A stretch of DNA of 64,000 nt. It comes from a virus. The notes beneath the pieces were generated by a model. The model was not told the DNA's origin, ran no database searches, and saw nothing but the letters and a program-made list of their open reading frames with translations. A program made the position numbers and the translations under genes. The stretch covers positions 1 to 64,000 of the IMG/VR virus record IMGVR_UViG_3300044641_007991. The stretch is one strand, 5' to 3'. Positions within the stretch are counted from its first letter, which is position 1. Every line of letters starts with the position of its first letter. Below are positions 49,836 through 62,879 of this stretch, piece after piece.

Positions 49836-51844
49836 AATACACCCTCAAATTGCTCATCATCAAATATAAAACCGCACAAATTTAAATCCAAACTAACAGG
49901 AAAATATAATGTTTCTGCTGGACTTCCTTCATTAGCATAAAAATCATCATCTTCTAATAAGCGTTCAACAATATTTAGATTTCTAAACCAACACATAGAA
50001 CCGCTACCATCGCCATTATCTCTAATCAAACCATAAATTACTTGTTGTGTCATATTATTTCTCCAGAGTAGTTGTTTCGTAACTGGTAATCAATTTGTAA
50101 AGTTCTACAGTATGATAATCTAATTTTTGCCGTAATTCTCGATCACCAACCCATGCAATTTTTCTATTCAATTTATCTAATTTCTTTAGTAATTTTTCTT
50201 GCAAAATATCATCAATAAGTTTCATGTTTTTATCCGGTTCTAAATTTTGTTTGTAGCTTGGATCCCATAACTGTAGAGAACGTTCATATGTTAAACCACG
50301 AAATCCGCGTTTTGATAAATGTAAAGACTGTTCAAATGTTAGCATCTGACCACGCTCCGCAGCAACATTCAGTTTCGCTATGCGCAGCACAAATACAAAC
50401 TCTGCTCAAATTACCAGTGGAAAGATCCAAATCGTATCCAATCGAACCGAATTCATCGCTACGCAAAACCAGAGTAGGGTATCTAGGATCTTCATAGGAT
50501 ACCCATGCTTCTATACCTAACTGCTTATCAATAATCATAATCAACCTCCATACAGCAATTATACTTTAGTTTGACTATAAAGTCAAGCACTTTTAACCGT
50601 TGCCGAAATTTCTGGTATACAAGGAACAGGAATATTTGCTGACAAAATTGAAATTTGCCAACTATGATACGCATCATCTTTGAGATTTTGTTTCCATTTT
50701 AAATATGTTTGATGACACTGAACATTATATGGTTCATAAGGAATACACTCAACCATTCCAATATCGCTGACGGCAACTGCTATTTTAACTTCTGTGGTGG
50801 GTAACGTCATATCAATCATCCCAACCATTTTTACCCATACTATATTTCGGTTCAGGTTGTTTATTTACAGGTTTACCCATCCAATCTCTACTAAAACTAT
50901 CAGAAGTAGAAAATGAAGTTTCACCTTGAAACAATCCAGTTTTAGAATTATATTCTTTACGACCCCAACCATATCTTCGTTTATAAATTGCCATTAGTTT
51001 CCACCCGATTAATTTCAATTAATTCTTGTTCAACACGTTGAGGTTCAGGTACTGCTGGAGCATATTTAGTTGCCACAGTATAAACTGCCCATGTTAAACA
51101 AATCATTACCACAACGCTATAAATTATTTCACTTATTTTCATTACCAGATTCCCACGCCCAATTTACAACAACCCAATCATCAATACAATCATGTTCAGT
51201 ATAATTTTGATTGACATATTCTGTGCCAAATTTATTACACATTTGAGTGTACCAATAAGACCAATATTGTGTAATAATTTCGCCTTCAGATAATGTTACT
51301 ACAACTGGATTACCTAATTCATTAAACGGACTGTAACACCAATATTTCATGCATTTTCTCGTAAATAATCATACGCAAAATCTCTGAACACGGTATCAGA
51401 TAAACCCCAGCAAAACGCAATTCCCTGAATTTCTGGCGGCAATTGTTCAAATATTTCTTGTAGGGATTCTGGGGTATGACTAATATCTGTTGCTAATACT
51501 ACGCAATCATGGAAATTATCCACTGCATTATGCTCGTTGTCTAAATCAAATAATTGTTCAAGAGTAAACATAATTATAACCTATATCCGTACATTTTGTT
51601 TATAATCGTTGGGTTAACAGGAGCTACGCCCATTTTAATTCTAAGTAAATTCATAGATCTAATTGGTCGTTTAGCGTAAAATGGTAGAATTTCTTCGCTA
51701 TATCTAGCACGTTTTTCTGCTAACCACAATTTAATTGGTTTAGAAACAAATGTTACAACTTCAAATGGTTCCCAACCCCAAGGTCTAATTCTGCGTTCGA
51801 TTCTTTTTTTAACGCTATTATACATTTTCCAACGAATTCTAGCT

Positions 51845-52210
51845 TTAATTTTCATTTAACTGCCTCATTTGAAGTAATTGTTGTATTACTGCTGCATCTA
51901 TTTCTGCTCGCATTTCATCTGCCATAACAGTAATCATCTCTCGTTCTTTAGCCATTCTAGATCTATGAGCTAGAATATCTCTATTATACGAACCTAGAAA
52001 ATGATTACATAATAATTTGTTGCGTTGTTTAACAGTTCTAGCTGCAATTTTAAACTTAGGTTTTAATCGCTGTTTATCTCGTTTTGGGTAATACCCAAAT
52101 AAACGTCTGGCATAATCTATAGAGTCAACTTCCCAAGTAGCTTTAAGCATCCTAGGAGGTGCAGATACCACCGACGAATCTATCATAATTTCTTTAAGCG
52201 TTTCTGTCAT
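51845..52210 (-). CDS. Small protein with major-capsid (gp23)-like motifs
   Basis: PRMLKATWEVD and MADEMRAEIDAAVI resemble gp23 RKLKA.(W/Y) and EI.AEI(N/D)REV(I/L). Confidence 0.4.
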   Translation of the reverse strand: MTETLKEIMIDSSVVSAPPRMLKATWEVDSIDYARRLFGYYPKRDKQRLKPKFKIAARTVKQRNKLLCNHFLGSYNRDILAHRSRMAKEREMITVMADEMRAEIDAAVIQQLLQMRQLNEN

Positions 52211-53216
52211 AAAATTCTCGTGCTGCTAAAAATTCCTCAAAAAATTCCTGTGCTGTAATTTCTATTCCATGTTTACCCAACATATCCATTAATTGTTCAG
52301 GATCAAAAACTAATGTAAGTTCTACTGTTGGAGTGAAATATTCAGTTAATCCAGTTTTTACGTTTTTAATTTTTTGAATAATCATTATTTAACCCCAAAA
52401 TAACGGTTAATATCAGAGTTAATCCAAGCAGAATTTTCTAATACAGTTCGACCAAGATCTGCGGATTCATTAGAAGTTGCCTCTACTATATTCAAACATT
52501 CTTGAATAATCAACTGTGCGAATTTTTCCGTGTAGCATTGCAACAGAGTAGGCGAATAAATGCTATATTGTTCAGCGAAAATATATGCTTCATCAGATAA
52601 AGTTTTAAGGTTTTCGTTCATAATTTAATCCCAAAATTTATGATAAATTTCTTCTGCTAATGCATCAGCTTTGTTATAGTTTGAACCGTATACCACACTA
52701 ATACATTTTGTAACAATTAACTCAGCAAATTGATTAATTTCTTCTTCTGTCATACCATACAGTTTAGATGTTTCATATATGGTAGTGGGTATAACTAATG
52801 GACTATAAGTTTCGCCTTTTATTTGCTGTAATAATCTTTTAATTTTCTCGTTCATGATCTCCCCAAAAATAACCAAGGAACGCCATTACCGTCATCTCCA
52901 CCATAATCTACATTTTGTGTCGACCACCAATATTTACCGTCTTTCTTTTTCGCAGGAAGCTCTAATTCTTCAAATAAATTATAGTCGCCTTGTCGGCCAC
53001 CAACAACTCCGATATCCGTTTCTGGAGGTAGGGATTGCAAGTATTCAATCAATTCGGCTGCAGTGGTCATAATTTTCTCCAATTAATCAAGATAAAGTTA
53101 AGTATAGATTCATTATACTTGAGTCGCATGTTAAAGTCAAGCACTTTTTTCAAAATATCTTGCATATGATTGTTCTGAATATTAATATTTTTTTCTGTCA
53201 TCGCTGTTCTCCTAAT

Positions 53217-53855
53217 CTACTCCGCAATATAAGGTGTTGTAACATAACATACTGATTTACCATCAAAAGCGGATTTAAATGTGATCTTACCATCGCGCTT
53301 AACAACTAATTCAAATTCTACTCCTGGGGCATCCATATGACTAAAATCCTCGAACATTTCTTGCCACTGATAACCAAATTTATAAACATAAGATTTAATT
53401 AATTTTTTGGTATTAAAAATCCATGTTTTAGATACAGTATGTTCATTGGCTAAGACAATTTGACGATCAACTGTAGGTAAAATTTTTTCCAGAGCAGTTT
53501 TTTCTGCTCGAGTTACCTGCGCATAATAATACCCAATCTCTGTATTATCCACTATCCAAGTTTTGCCTAGAGATCCGCGCACAATTTCCTGTAATTGCGA
53601 CTCAACTGTTTTCGCTATTTTAATTTTAAGAGAATAAGATTTTGCTGTATTTTCTTCATCTTCAGGTAAATATTGTCCACCTAGATAACGATTACCATCA
53701 ATCCAGATGTAATTATCGCAAGGAGCGTGCTGACGACCGCTACGATCAAGAGTTGGTTTACGGTCATAGTTGTCAACAATCGCGCCTTGCACACGAGCTT
53801 CGTAAGCTGCATTAACAGCGTCAACACAGGTTTTGATATCAGCGATAGTAGTCAT
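53217..53855 (-). CDS. Hypothetical protein
   Basis: GR.HAPCD.Y...Y.GGQYLP motif. Confidence 0.6.
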   Translation of the reverse strand: MTTIADIKTCVDAVNAAYEARVQGAIVDNYDRKPTLDRSGRQHAPCDNYIWIDGNRYLGGQYLPEDEENTAKSYSLKIKIAKTVESQLQEIVRGSLGKTWIVDNTEIGYYYAQVTRAEKTALEKILPTVDRQIVLANEHTVSKTWIFNTKKLIKSYVYKFGYQWQEMFEDFSHMDAPGVEFELVVKRDGKITFKSAFDGKSVCYVTTPYIAE

Positions 53856-54301
53856 AATATTCTCTCCAGAGTAGAAGGTCAGGACAAACCCAACCTATGC
53901 ACCTATTGTACCGCAACTGAATCTAGAAGTCAAACACTTTCATCCGCTGGCGCTAAGTTTTATTTCAGAAATACAATTTCTAAGAACTTCCATAGAATGA
54001 ACCGAACCATGTGTAAACCAAATCCTCACACTAGATTCCCCTGTATCAACTGCAATACAATGTTGACCGTGTAAATGAAATAGTGGTTGTGCGGTACTTG
54101 GTTGATTTATCCAAGCTCTATACATTCTTTGAGTCATAACTTATTCATCCAAATTAACAGATAACACTTCCCATTGAATATCTTCATCGTCATCCATTAA
54201 TTTAATAGCATTCAAACGAGCTAGAGCATAATTACTATATGCTCTATACACATCAATATAACCGTCTGCATCTGTTCTAGCAACAATATAAATTTTCATA
54301 A

Positions 54302-54751
54302 TTAATCCAACCTTGATTCAGCATAAGCATCAAAACCATAACCTTGTAACACAGCAGCATAAGCTGCAGCACCAGCATATAAACAGTCTACGTTCTGTAC
54401 AGGCATTGAAGCAGGATTCCATAAGTAGATACCTCGACTCCAAGATTTTTGAAAACCTACAGCAGCCATGGCTCGGCCAATTTTGGTGTTTAATCGAACA
54501 CCCTGTACAGTTACCCACGAAAATCCACAAGCATATTGATCTCGACCACCCAACTTTTCGGTAAAATATTTTTCAGCGGCTGCACGAGCAGCAGCAGTTG
54601 CTTCAGCATGGATCGTTTCAATACTATATTCACCAGATTTAATATCTAACATCTTCATCTCCAATTTACATTTAATATTCTTTTTTGATTTTGGTTTAAT
54701 ATCGTCAATATTTTGCCACATATTATTTTGAAATCGCTCTGTAGAGATCAT
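54302..54751 (-). CDS. Conserved phage hypothetical protein (start probably near 54650)
   Basis: ACGFSWV...Q......AGA.AYA.VL..YG..AY..SRLD. Confidence 0.65.
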   Translation of the reverse strand: MISTERFQNNMWQNIDDIKPKSKKNIKCKLEMKMLDIKSGEYSIETIHAEATAAARAAAEKYFTEKLGGRDQYACGFSWVTVQGVRLNTKIGRAMAAVGFQKSWSRGIYLWNPASMPVQNVDCLYAGAAAYAAVLQGYGFDAYAESRLD

Positions 54752-55678
54752 AATAATATCCTAAAGTAAATTTAATTTTCGTAATAAATGTTCAAAAGAT
54801 TCGTGTAATGTTCGTTCTTGCGTACCCACATATTTTCCGTTATAACTCCGCCAATAATTTTCTCGCATTGATCTACGATAACCATTCGTTTCAAGAGCTT
54901 TAACCATCATTTCTTCAGTAAAATTATACATCTTCATCTCCAAGTAAGTAGAAACGACTGTTTCAGTATAGAACAATTATACATGTATCAGCACCGCAGG
55001 TCAAGCACTTTTTTCTTGCGCTAAAAATTCTTGATACTGTTTAGGTGTACTGTAAAATCGGATAACCTGTTTTAATGCAGGACCAAAATCTGGATCATCA
55101 TGATCAAATTTATAAGATTCAATCAAATCTTTACGAATAATTTCCGATACTTGTTCATTGTCTAGCTCTAATTCAATTTTCATGTTTATTCCACCCTGCT
55201 GTTTGACATTTTCTCTAACAAATTTTCAATATATTTAATTCGATTTCTGTAATAGAGAATATCTGCTTCTCTATTTCCTTCTGACATACAATCCATAATT
55301 TCCATGTTACAGACACTAATTTCATCATGAATTAAGTGCATAACAGTTTCGGCTTCACGATCGTCTACTATAAAATCAAAATGAATCATGTTGCATACCT
55401 TATTCCTCTGTGATAATTAATTTCGGAACATATCTAAATCTATATACACCCGCTCCTATAATATCAGACAATTCTGATACCGTAATATTACCAATATCGT
55501 TTACAGCTGTTGAGTCATCCCATATAGCACCTGAGTGTAAATTTATCAAACTGACGCCACCTACGCTACCGCGATCAAAACTGCTAACATATAATATATA
55601 TTTTCATATACAAAAACGTCACCAACAGTATATGAGTCTTTACCTAAAGGTTTATTTTGAAATAATTTTTGAGTCATA

Positions 55679-56470
55679 TTACCAATCCCATTGTTGATCA
55701 CACAAAATCCAACCACCAGCTGCATAAATTTCATGAATAGTATCAATTTCGTATGTTTTGCTACGAATACCAATATAAACAAATTCACTATCGCTTAATG
55801 GCTCAGAACAACTTTTAAATCCATAACAAATACTCTGCATCTGTGAAGTTAATTCAACAGGTGCTTTTAATACCGGAAATAATCTACTACCAAATAAATC
55901 GTCTTCAACGGTACATTCTGCAATTGCTCTATCAGCATCTGACCAGACTGCGCATTTACCTAATCCAACGATTGTATCTGCATGAAATTCATTTAACCAC
56001 TCTTGAGGAACAATACTATCCCAGCTAGAAGTAGAAACATCAAATTCTAGTGGAAATTCAGCCCATCTACAAGTATTGATATAATCAATTTTATCTGGAT
56101 CACCACCAAAATCGCCACCAAGTGTATAAGCCAACCCACCAGTAATAACTTGACGACATTTTTCTTTTACTGCAGGATCTGCTAGATATTCTGTTAAACT
56201 GGAATATTCTCGTGGATTAGATCTACCACCATTCATATGTTCCATAACAACGGTTTTAACTAATTTACCAGAAAAGGCTCGTCGTTGGAATTCCTCACCT
56301 GCAGCACCAAAATAATTTAGCGGAAATGGATTAGGAATATAACCTGCACCAATGCATTCGCTATCATCGTCATCGGTGTAAACACCTACCCAGATTCTAG
56401 ATTGATCTGGAGTTTTAAAATCCGCGTTAGTTGGAGCATAATGTGCAACGTTAATTTCAATTTTATTCAT
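55679..56470 (-). CDS. Hypothetical protein
   Basis: 263-aa ORF. Confidence 0.6.
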   Translation of the reverse strand: MNKIEINVAHYAPTNADFKTPDQSRIWVGVYTDDDDSECIGAGYIPNPFPLNYFGAAGEEFQRRAFSGKLVKTVVMEHMNGGRSNPREYSSLTEYLADPAVKEKCRQVITGGLAYTLGGDFGGDPDKIDYINTCRWAEFPLEFDVSTSSWDSIVPQEWLNEFHADTIVGLGKCAVWSDADRAIAECTVEDDLFGSRLFPVLKAPVELTSQMQSICYGFKSCSEPLSDSEFVYIGIRSKTYEIDTIHEIYAAGGWILCDQQWDW

Positions 56471-56670
56471 ATTTTAATTTCCTCTAGGATTTCGTATTGC
56501 TCGTCAAATGTTTGCTGAGATAGCGGCTCTTCCCAACCAAATCTGTACCATTCACTTCGCCAATTTTTCCCATAATAGATCAATTGTTTCATTATTTGAA
56601 TTTGATTAAATTTTAATAATTTAACCTTGTAATATTTAATTGCCCAGTTTTGCGCCATATATTTTTCCTA

Positions 56671-57159
56671 TTAAATTAAACCGGATTCAGCAAAACTATA
56701 TGTTGTATCACCAATAATAATATGATCCAACACGCGAATATCAAATAACTCTAGAGCGGATTTTAATTTATGAGTGATATTTCTATCTGCGCTACTTGGA
56801 ACCGAAATACCGGATGGGTGGTTATGAGCTAGAATAACCGCTGCAGCATTCAATTCCAGAGCCAGTTTCGCTACTTCTCGTGGATAAACCGCAGCCGAAT
56901 CAATTGTTCCGCGAAACATTTCTGTATAGTCAATTAAATAATTTTGATTATCTAGGAATAATACAGAGAAAACCTCATGTTCTAATTGTTGTAATTTACA
57001 TCTTACAAATTGTTTTGATTGATTAGGACTGGTAAAAGCAGTTGTTTTGGTGCGTAGACGCGATTCCAGGATACTCATTGCCTGGGCGATAACAGCGTCT
57101 TCAGCAACAGTTGAGGTTACAGCATAGGTTGCAGCAGATTCAGTTTTCACGGTATTCAT
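56671..57159 (-). CDS. radC: RadC-like JAB-domain protein
   Basis: EVFSVLFLD, GTID...VYPREV, AHNHPSG...PS.AD, LDHIIIG. Confidence 0.92.
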   Translation of the reverse strand: MNTVKTESAATYAVTSTVAEDAVIAQAMSILESRLRTKTTAFTSPNQSKQFVRCKLQQLEHEVFSVLFLDNQNYLIDYTEMFRGTIDSAAVYPREVAKLALELNAAAVILAHNHPSGISVPSSADRNITHKLKSALELFDIRVLDHIIIGDTTYSFAESGLI

Positions 57160-58225
57160 AGATCTCTCCTCAGTTCAAAGTATAGATTCATTATACGCTT
57201 TTTTGGTTGGAGAGTCAAGCACTTTTTAAAAAATTTACACTACATCGCCATTTTTATATCTATCATGCCAAATTGACATAAGATCCTGTTGACGTTTCTC
57301 CTCTTGTAAGCGCAGCATTCTAGCTTCATATTCAGCATCTGTTTCATATCGCCATGTTACGAGATCTAGATCTCCATCACCGAAACATAAACAATGATCG
57401 TATCCTTCTGGTATCATATTTTGCAATTCTTCTAGATATTCAACTACCTCAGGAATAGTGTGCTCTTCAAATTTAACATATAGATCAATAGAATGGAATT
57501 TTACGTCTCTTTGTCTTCTATTTTGCGTCATTATTTTACCTCAAAATGTTTTTTAACCCAACCAGTTATTTCTTTCGCATAACCGCTTGAGAAGTTGTAT
57601 TGAAGGTGATCATAGAATTCTTCTATAACATCTTGGATAATTAACTCGGCAAATTTTTCTTCATTTAATCGTGTTCCGCGATTATTATCGCCATCACAAT
57701 CACTGTAGGTATAAGTTTCCATTGCCTGTTTTCTAAGTTCTGCAATTCTATCGTTCATTTTCAAAATACTCTTTAAGTGCGGTTAATGAAGCAGCATGTA
57801 CACAATAAGATCCTACAGGAGTATCTGGATACCATCTAATTTCCCATAATTCATCGGTTTGGACTGATAAGTTTTGTTGTTCAGTTGAGATAAATTCGCT
57901 ACTATAATCTTTAAAATATTGCTCTACTGTTTCATAATAATCTTTATGTGGGTTGTGGGAAATATACAACCCACATTTATGTTCTGGTAACCAATTCATT
58001 ATTCAAGTCCAAAATGTTGTTTAATTGAATCATGAACTGCTCTAACACCGTTATAGTATTGATTTCTTTGGAGTTGAGAATGTATATCACAAAGATGTAA
58101 ACATTCCTGAATAATTAACTCAGCGAAATATTGATCTTCTGGATATATGTCCAACTCACAATTTTTATATTCTTCCCCAAAATATTCATACAATGCTCTA
58201 TTGTACAATTGTTTAATTTTCTCGT

Positions 58226-58603
58226 TCATTCTTTATCCTCAAAATGTTCTGATGCCCAACGAATTTTTGGATTAATCTTTTCATATTCTTCGACTAATTG
58301 ATTCAAAGTCCACATTGTTTCTGTTTTAAATTTTCTTAACCATACCGAAAACCGTGCATAATCTTCGCCGTGCATAATTGGTAAACCAAGTTCATCACCA
58401 TACGGTTCACCTGTACCATAAACGTCTATTCTACCACCTGACCAACGTTCAGTGATGTCTGTATAAGAAAATACATCACCTTTTTTCTTAGCAGTAAATG
58501 CACTATCTTCAGTTAAGGTTTTGGTGACAGTTTCGGTTAAACCACGTTCGTGATACCAGTTTATGTTGACTGGTCCCATCCAATTTGTACTATAACTGAT
58601 CAT
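58226..58603 (-). CDS. Conserved phage hypothetical protein
   Basis: YSTNWMGP...W...RG. Confidence 0.6.
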   Translation of the reverse strand: MISYSTNWMGPVNINWYHERGLTETVTKTLTEDSAFTAKKKGDVFSYTDITERWSGGRIDVYGTGEPYGDELGLPIMHGEDYARFSVWLRKFKTETMWTLNQLVEEYEKINPKIRWASEHFEDKE

Positions 58604-60013
58604 TATTCAAGTCCAAAATGTTGTTTGATATCATAAACGCAATGTAATCTTCCGGTATTGTAATCGCTATTACTAACACCACCAGTTTTACAAACAATAA
58701 CACATTCTTTAATAATTAACTCGGCAAATTTTTCCAATTCCTCTGAGAAATTATCATTTCCATACCCATCGGTTTTAACATAAACATGGGATGTGCATTC
58801 TTCATACAATTCTTTAATTTTCTCATTCATTATTCAACTCCAAAATGTTTTAAAATTCTATTGGCGGATTGTAATTCTATACTATCCCTAGGATCAGGAT
58901 TTTCTTGAACGCATACTCTAGCGCATTCTTTAATAATCAACTCGGCAAATTTTTCTAATTCCTCTGAGAAATTATCATCAGAATCCGCACCCCATTCTAT
59001 AAGTTTCGGTGATAACAATTCTTTAATTTTACTGTTCATTATTTAATCCTGTAATTTCGCTATAGGTTCTGCTCGTTTAATTAATTCTGCAATTTTATCG
59101 TTCATTAATTTTCCAGCGTAATAGTACCGTTAAATTCTTGAAAATCACCCATATTCCACTTAGTAGAATAATATCCAACACTTGGAAGGAAATCCGTACC
59201 AGGACTTCTTAATACAGTTCCCATATTATCTGCATAAAATAACACTACAAAATTATGGGCATTAATTCCTAACCAAGGATAAATGTGTTGTTTGGGTTTT
59301 GCGTTTGTTGTAATAATCATAATTTATAAGTTAATTGGTTTAAAATCATTGATAGATCGATGCCTGCCCCAACCTGAACGTTGGTTAACATAATAACGGT
59401 ACTGTACATGACTGACTCTAACTGTAGAACCGATTCCTCGTTTGATAATGGCGAGTTTTAATGATTTTAGAGCAGGGAGAATATCATTATATGCGGGAAC
59501 TTTTGCATGGGAACTCTCGCCGCGATAATCCCATAAATGTGAACTATCATCATCAATATGTCCCCATTTAATTCTATTAATTTTAGAAGACACTACCCAA
59601 TATCCACTAGCAGTAATCCAATATTGTTCTTTAGTCGGTTTCATCATAAAGTACCACCAATAAAATAATATGACTAAGTGCACCAAATATAAAACCATAA
59701 AGTGCCCAATAAGCTGGGTGAGTAATAATCTGATGTTCCTGTAAATGCATCCCACCAAAACTAAATGCTACGGCAAATGCTATTATCATAATCGCTTTTT
59801 TCATAATTATTCCTCGACAATCCAACCCCAACATTCCCAACTTTCTGGATATGATAAAATAGAATATGCTTTAGCAGCCACCAATTCTGGGCTAAGATCA
59901 TTACAACGAACATACCATAAATTCTTATCGCTATCACGAAATGTCATTTCAGCGACCCAATGATTACTGTTGTGATATCGTTCGGTAATTATAATTTGTT
60001 CAACTCGGTTCAT

Positions 60014-60556
60014 TTAATACCCCAAATCAATATAAATTCGCTCAGCATTATTTGCTGCAACCTTTTCCACCAAACTATCTGGAACAGTATCCATAATTAC
60101 ATCACTAGCATCCCAGCTCCATAAATATGGAAAATGTTTTCTGCTATAATACAATTCGTATATGTTAGATTTAAACTCTTCTTTACCGCCAATATACCCT
60201 AAAGATTTAGCAGCAATACTATTAACCCTAGCAACAGCGGTTTTTACTGGATGAGGAACTCTGATTAAGAATTCTTCATCTCGATTAAGAGCATTGTATT
60301 CTTCTTCAGGCAAATAAGCTATACCATCTACGCTATCCCAACTATACAAAATTAATGTAGGATCGTTGAATAATTCACGATAATATTGGTCGTCGATAAC
60401 CTCAACATCTATTTGTTGAATAAATTGATGTAAATGTTCGGGTAAAAATTCATATAATGTAATGTCGCTATTCAAATCATCAATAGTTCGATCGCCGTTA
60501 CCAAACTCAATTAAATCTGCACTAATTCCCATTATTATCTCCAGTAACAGAGTCAA
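60014..60556 (-). CDS. Hypothetical protein
   Basis: Acidic ORF after early promoter 60605. Confidence 0.55.
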   Translation of the reverse strand: MTLLLEIIMGISADLIEFGNGDRTIDDLNSDITLYEFLPEHLHQFIQQIDVEVIDDQYYRELFNDPTLILYSWDSVDGIAYLPEEEYNALNRDEEFLIRVPHPVKTAVARVNSIAAKSLGYIGGKEEFKSNIYELYYSRKHFPYLWSWDASDVIMDTVPDSLVEKVAANNAERIYIDLGY

Positions 60557-62879
60557 CCCCAGCGGTCAACCTATAGATCAATTTTACACGTTTCTGTCTA
60601 GCATGTCAAGCACTTTTTACAATTTTTTTAGGATCCGTATTTTTCCCGTAACCTAGCATATTCAGCTCGTTCTGCAGCCTCCTCTACAGCTTGCTTAGCG
60701 AGTTTTTTCTCTAACTTAGCCAAACGTAACCGTTCTGATTTTTCGAGCTGCTCTCGCTCGCGTTCTAGTCTAGCAGAGTATTCCTCATCCGTTTCTAGTC
60801 TATACAAAATCAAAGATAAATTATATCCGCCATCATAACCATAATTATTTCTATAAATTTCATGACGAGTATGATACTCTCGGATATATTTTTCTTTAAT
60901 ATCAGCAATATTTTTAGCAATACGGCACAAAAATTCATCTAGTGTTTCATCAGATTCTGGGGATAAATCATCAGTAATGTCAATGTATTCATCATATAGT
61001 ACTTCTTGTTTCATAAATTAATCCAGTAAATATGGTGCAATTTCTAAGACAACCGGTTCTGATTCAAATTCGTGAATTTCGCAAGATTTATAAATTTTCC
61101 ATTGCGCTTGACATCTATATTTTGATTGACGTTTTACACAATTAATATGAGCTTTTAATCCAGCTTCGGTCCAAGTTTTCCATTTTTAGTCCAAACATTA
61201 TGTAATCCACCTGTGGAATATAATTTACTCACAGGATCATAAATTCTATAAACTTTCATAACCACCCTCATAACACCTACACAATAAAATAAAAGTGTCA
61301 CATAATTCACATTTTTGTACGATAATCATATTAATTCTCCAACACTATTCTACCAGCAAATCTACTAAAATCGCCCATTACCCAATCTTTTCGGAATTGA
61401 CCTAGATGATAAAGTTGGTCATTAGGTGTTGGGCTTATTGATACAACCATTCCTTGATTACGTTCAGTAAATAATACCACAGGATAACCTGAATTAGCAA
61501 CCCCAAGATATGGATAAATTGATGCATCGTATAATTTTGTACTTTTCATTATTTTCTCCGATTTAAACCTGGATTATAAACCTGTGATTCTACCCAACAA
61601 GGGATTCCTAATGTACCAGCATAATTACATGCCTCATTATTTGTTGAGAATACTATAACAGCACCAGATGCATCGCGAATAATTTCGTGAGTTTTTGTAT
61701 TAACAAGATATAACATTTTAATTATCCATTCTGTGGTAAACAATACAAATCATTTGATTAGCGGATTTGCTAATTAAATCGAATCCGTCGGTAAAGGTTA
61801 ATCCATAATCATAACAAAATTGGTTCTCAGCATATTCCTGAGCTGCACCATAATCCAGAAAACCATCATCTACGCCAGTTAAAAGGATATATGAATCTCT
61901 ACCGTTAGATTGAATAATATCACCAATATGTGTATGGTTAATTTCCATTTTTCTCTCCAAGAAGGGAGGTTGACCGCTGAGGGGTCAACCTATGATTCAA
62001 TTTTACTAAAATCCCACCCAGAAGTCAAGCACTTCTTTCTCGCAGCAGGTTTTTCTAATTCAGTTTCTGTAAATAACACACCATCGTGTCTACCCAACGC
62101 AATTACATCAAATACAGCACCAGCGGCTAATTGTTTAATCTTCTCGTTCATAATCTAATCCTGTAATTTCGCTAAAGTTTCACGAGCTTGTTTAATTGCG
62201 CTATCAATTAAATCCTGAATTAAACCTGGATCATCTGTTAAAATATCTGAATAATCCGGATATAAATGTCCACCTGAATATTCCGCACCTAATTCAATTC
62301 CGCAGCGTAACGCACGAACTCGTAACAAAAACCATTTTAAATTACCCGATTCAATATCAGCTAGAATCTGACCCATATTCTCACATTCAGCATATGTATC
62401 ATTTGGCGGATAAATATCCCATGTATAATCAATAATGATATCGAAATTATCCTGAGTGCGGGTGGTTAAAACTGTGTACATATCGTATGACATATTATAT
62501 TTCTCCAGATTATATTTTAAGCACTTGTTGCTGTAGATTCTAAGATCTCATCAATTCTTCTCATAACAGCGTATTCGTACCATTCTGCTCTAAATAAATC
62601 TCCAAAGAATTTAATTGCCAATAAACGATTTTGTCTGTAAACATATAATAATGTTTCTAAGCTCAATTGACCTTGCGAATATTCATATTCAGCACAGACA
62701 ACATTTGAGATTAATGCATTAAACATTGATTGTCTTTTAGAATTTCTAGCCATTGCTCTCTCCAGTAATCTTCGATAAGGGTTGGTCAGGGAACCGTTCC
62801 CCAACCTATAGATCAATTTTACTCTAGACCGAGACTAATGTCAAGCACTTTTTTAAAATTTCAAAAAATTTTTACTCGT

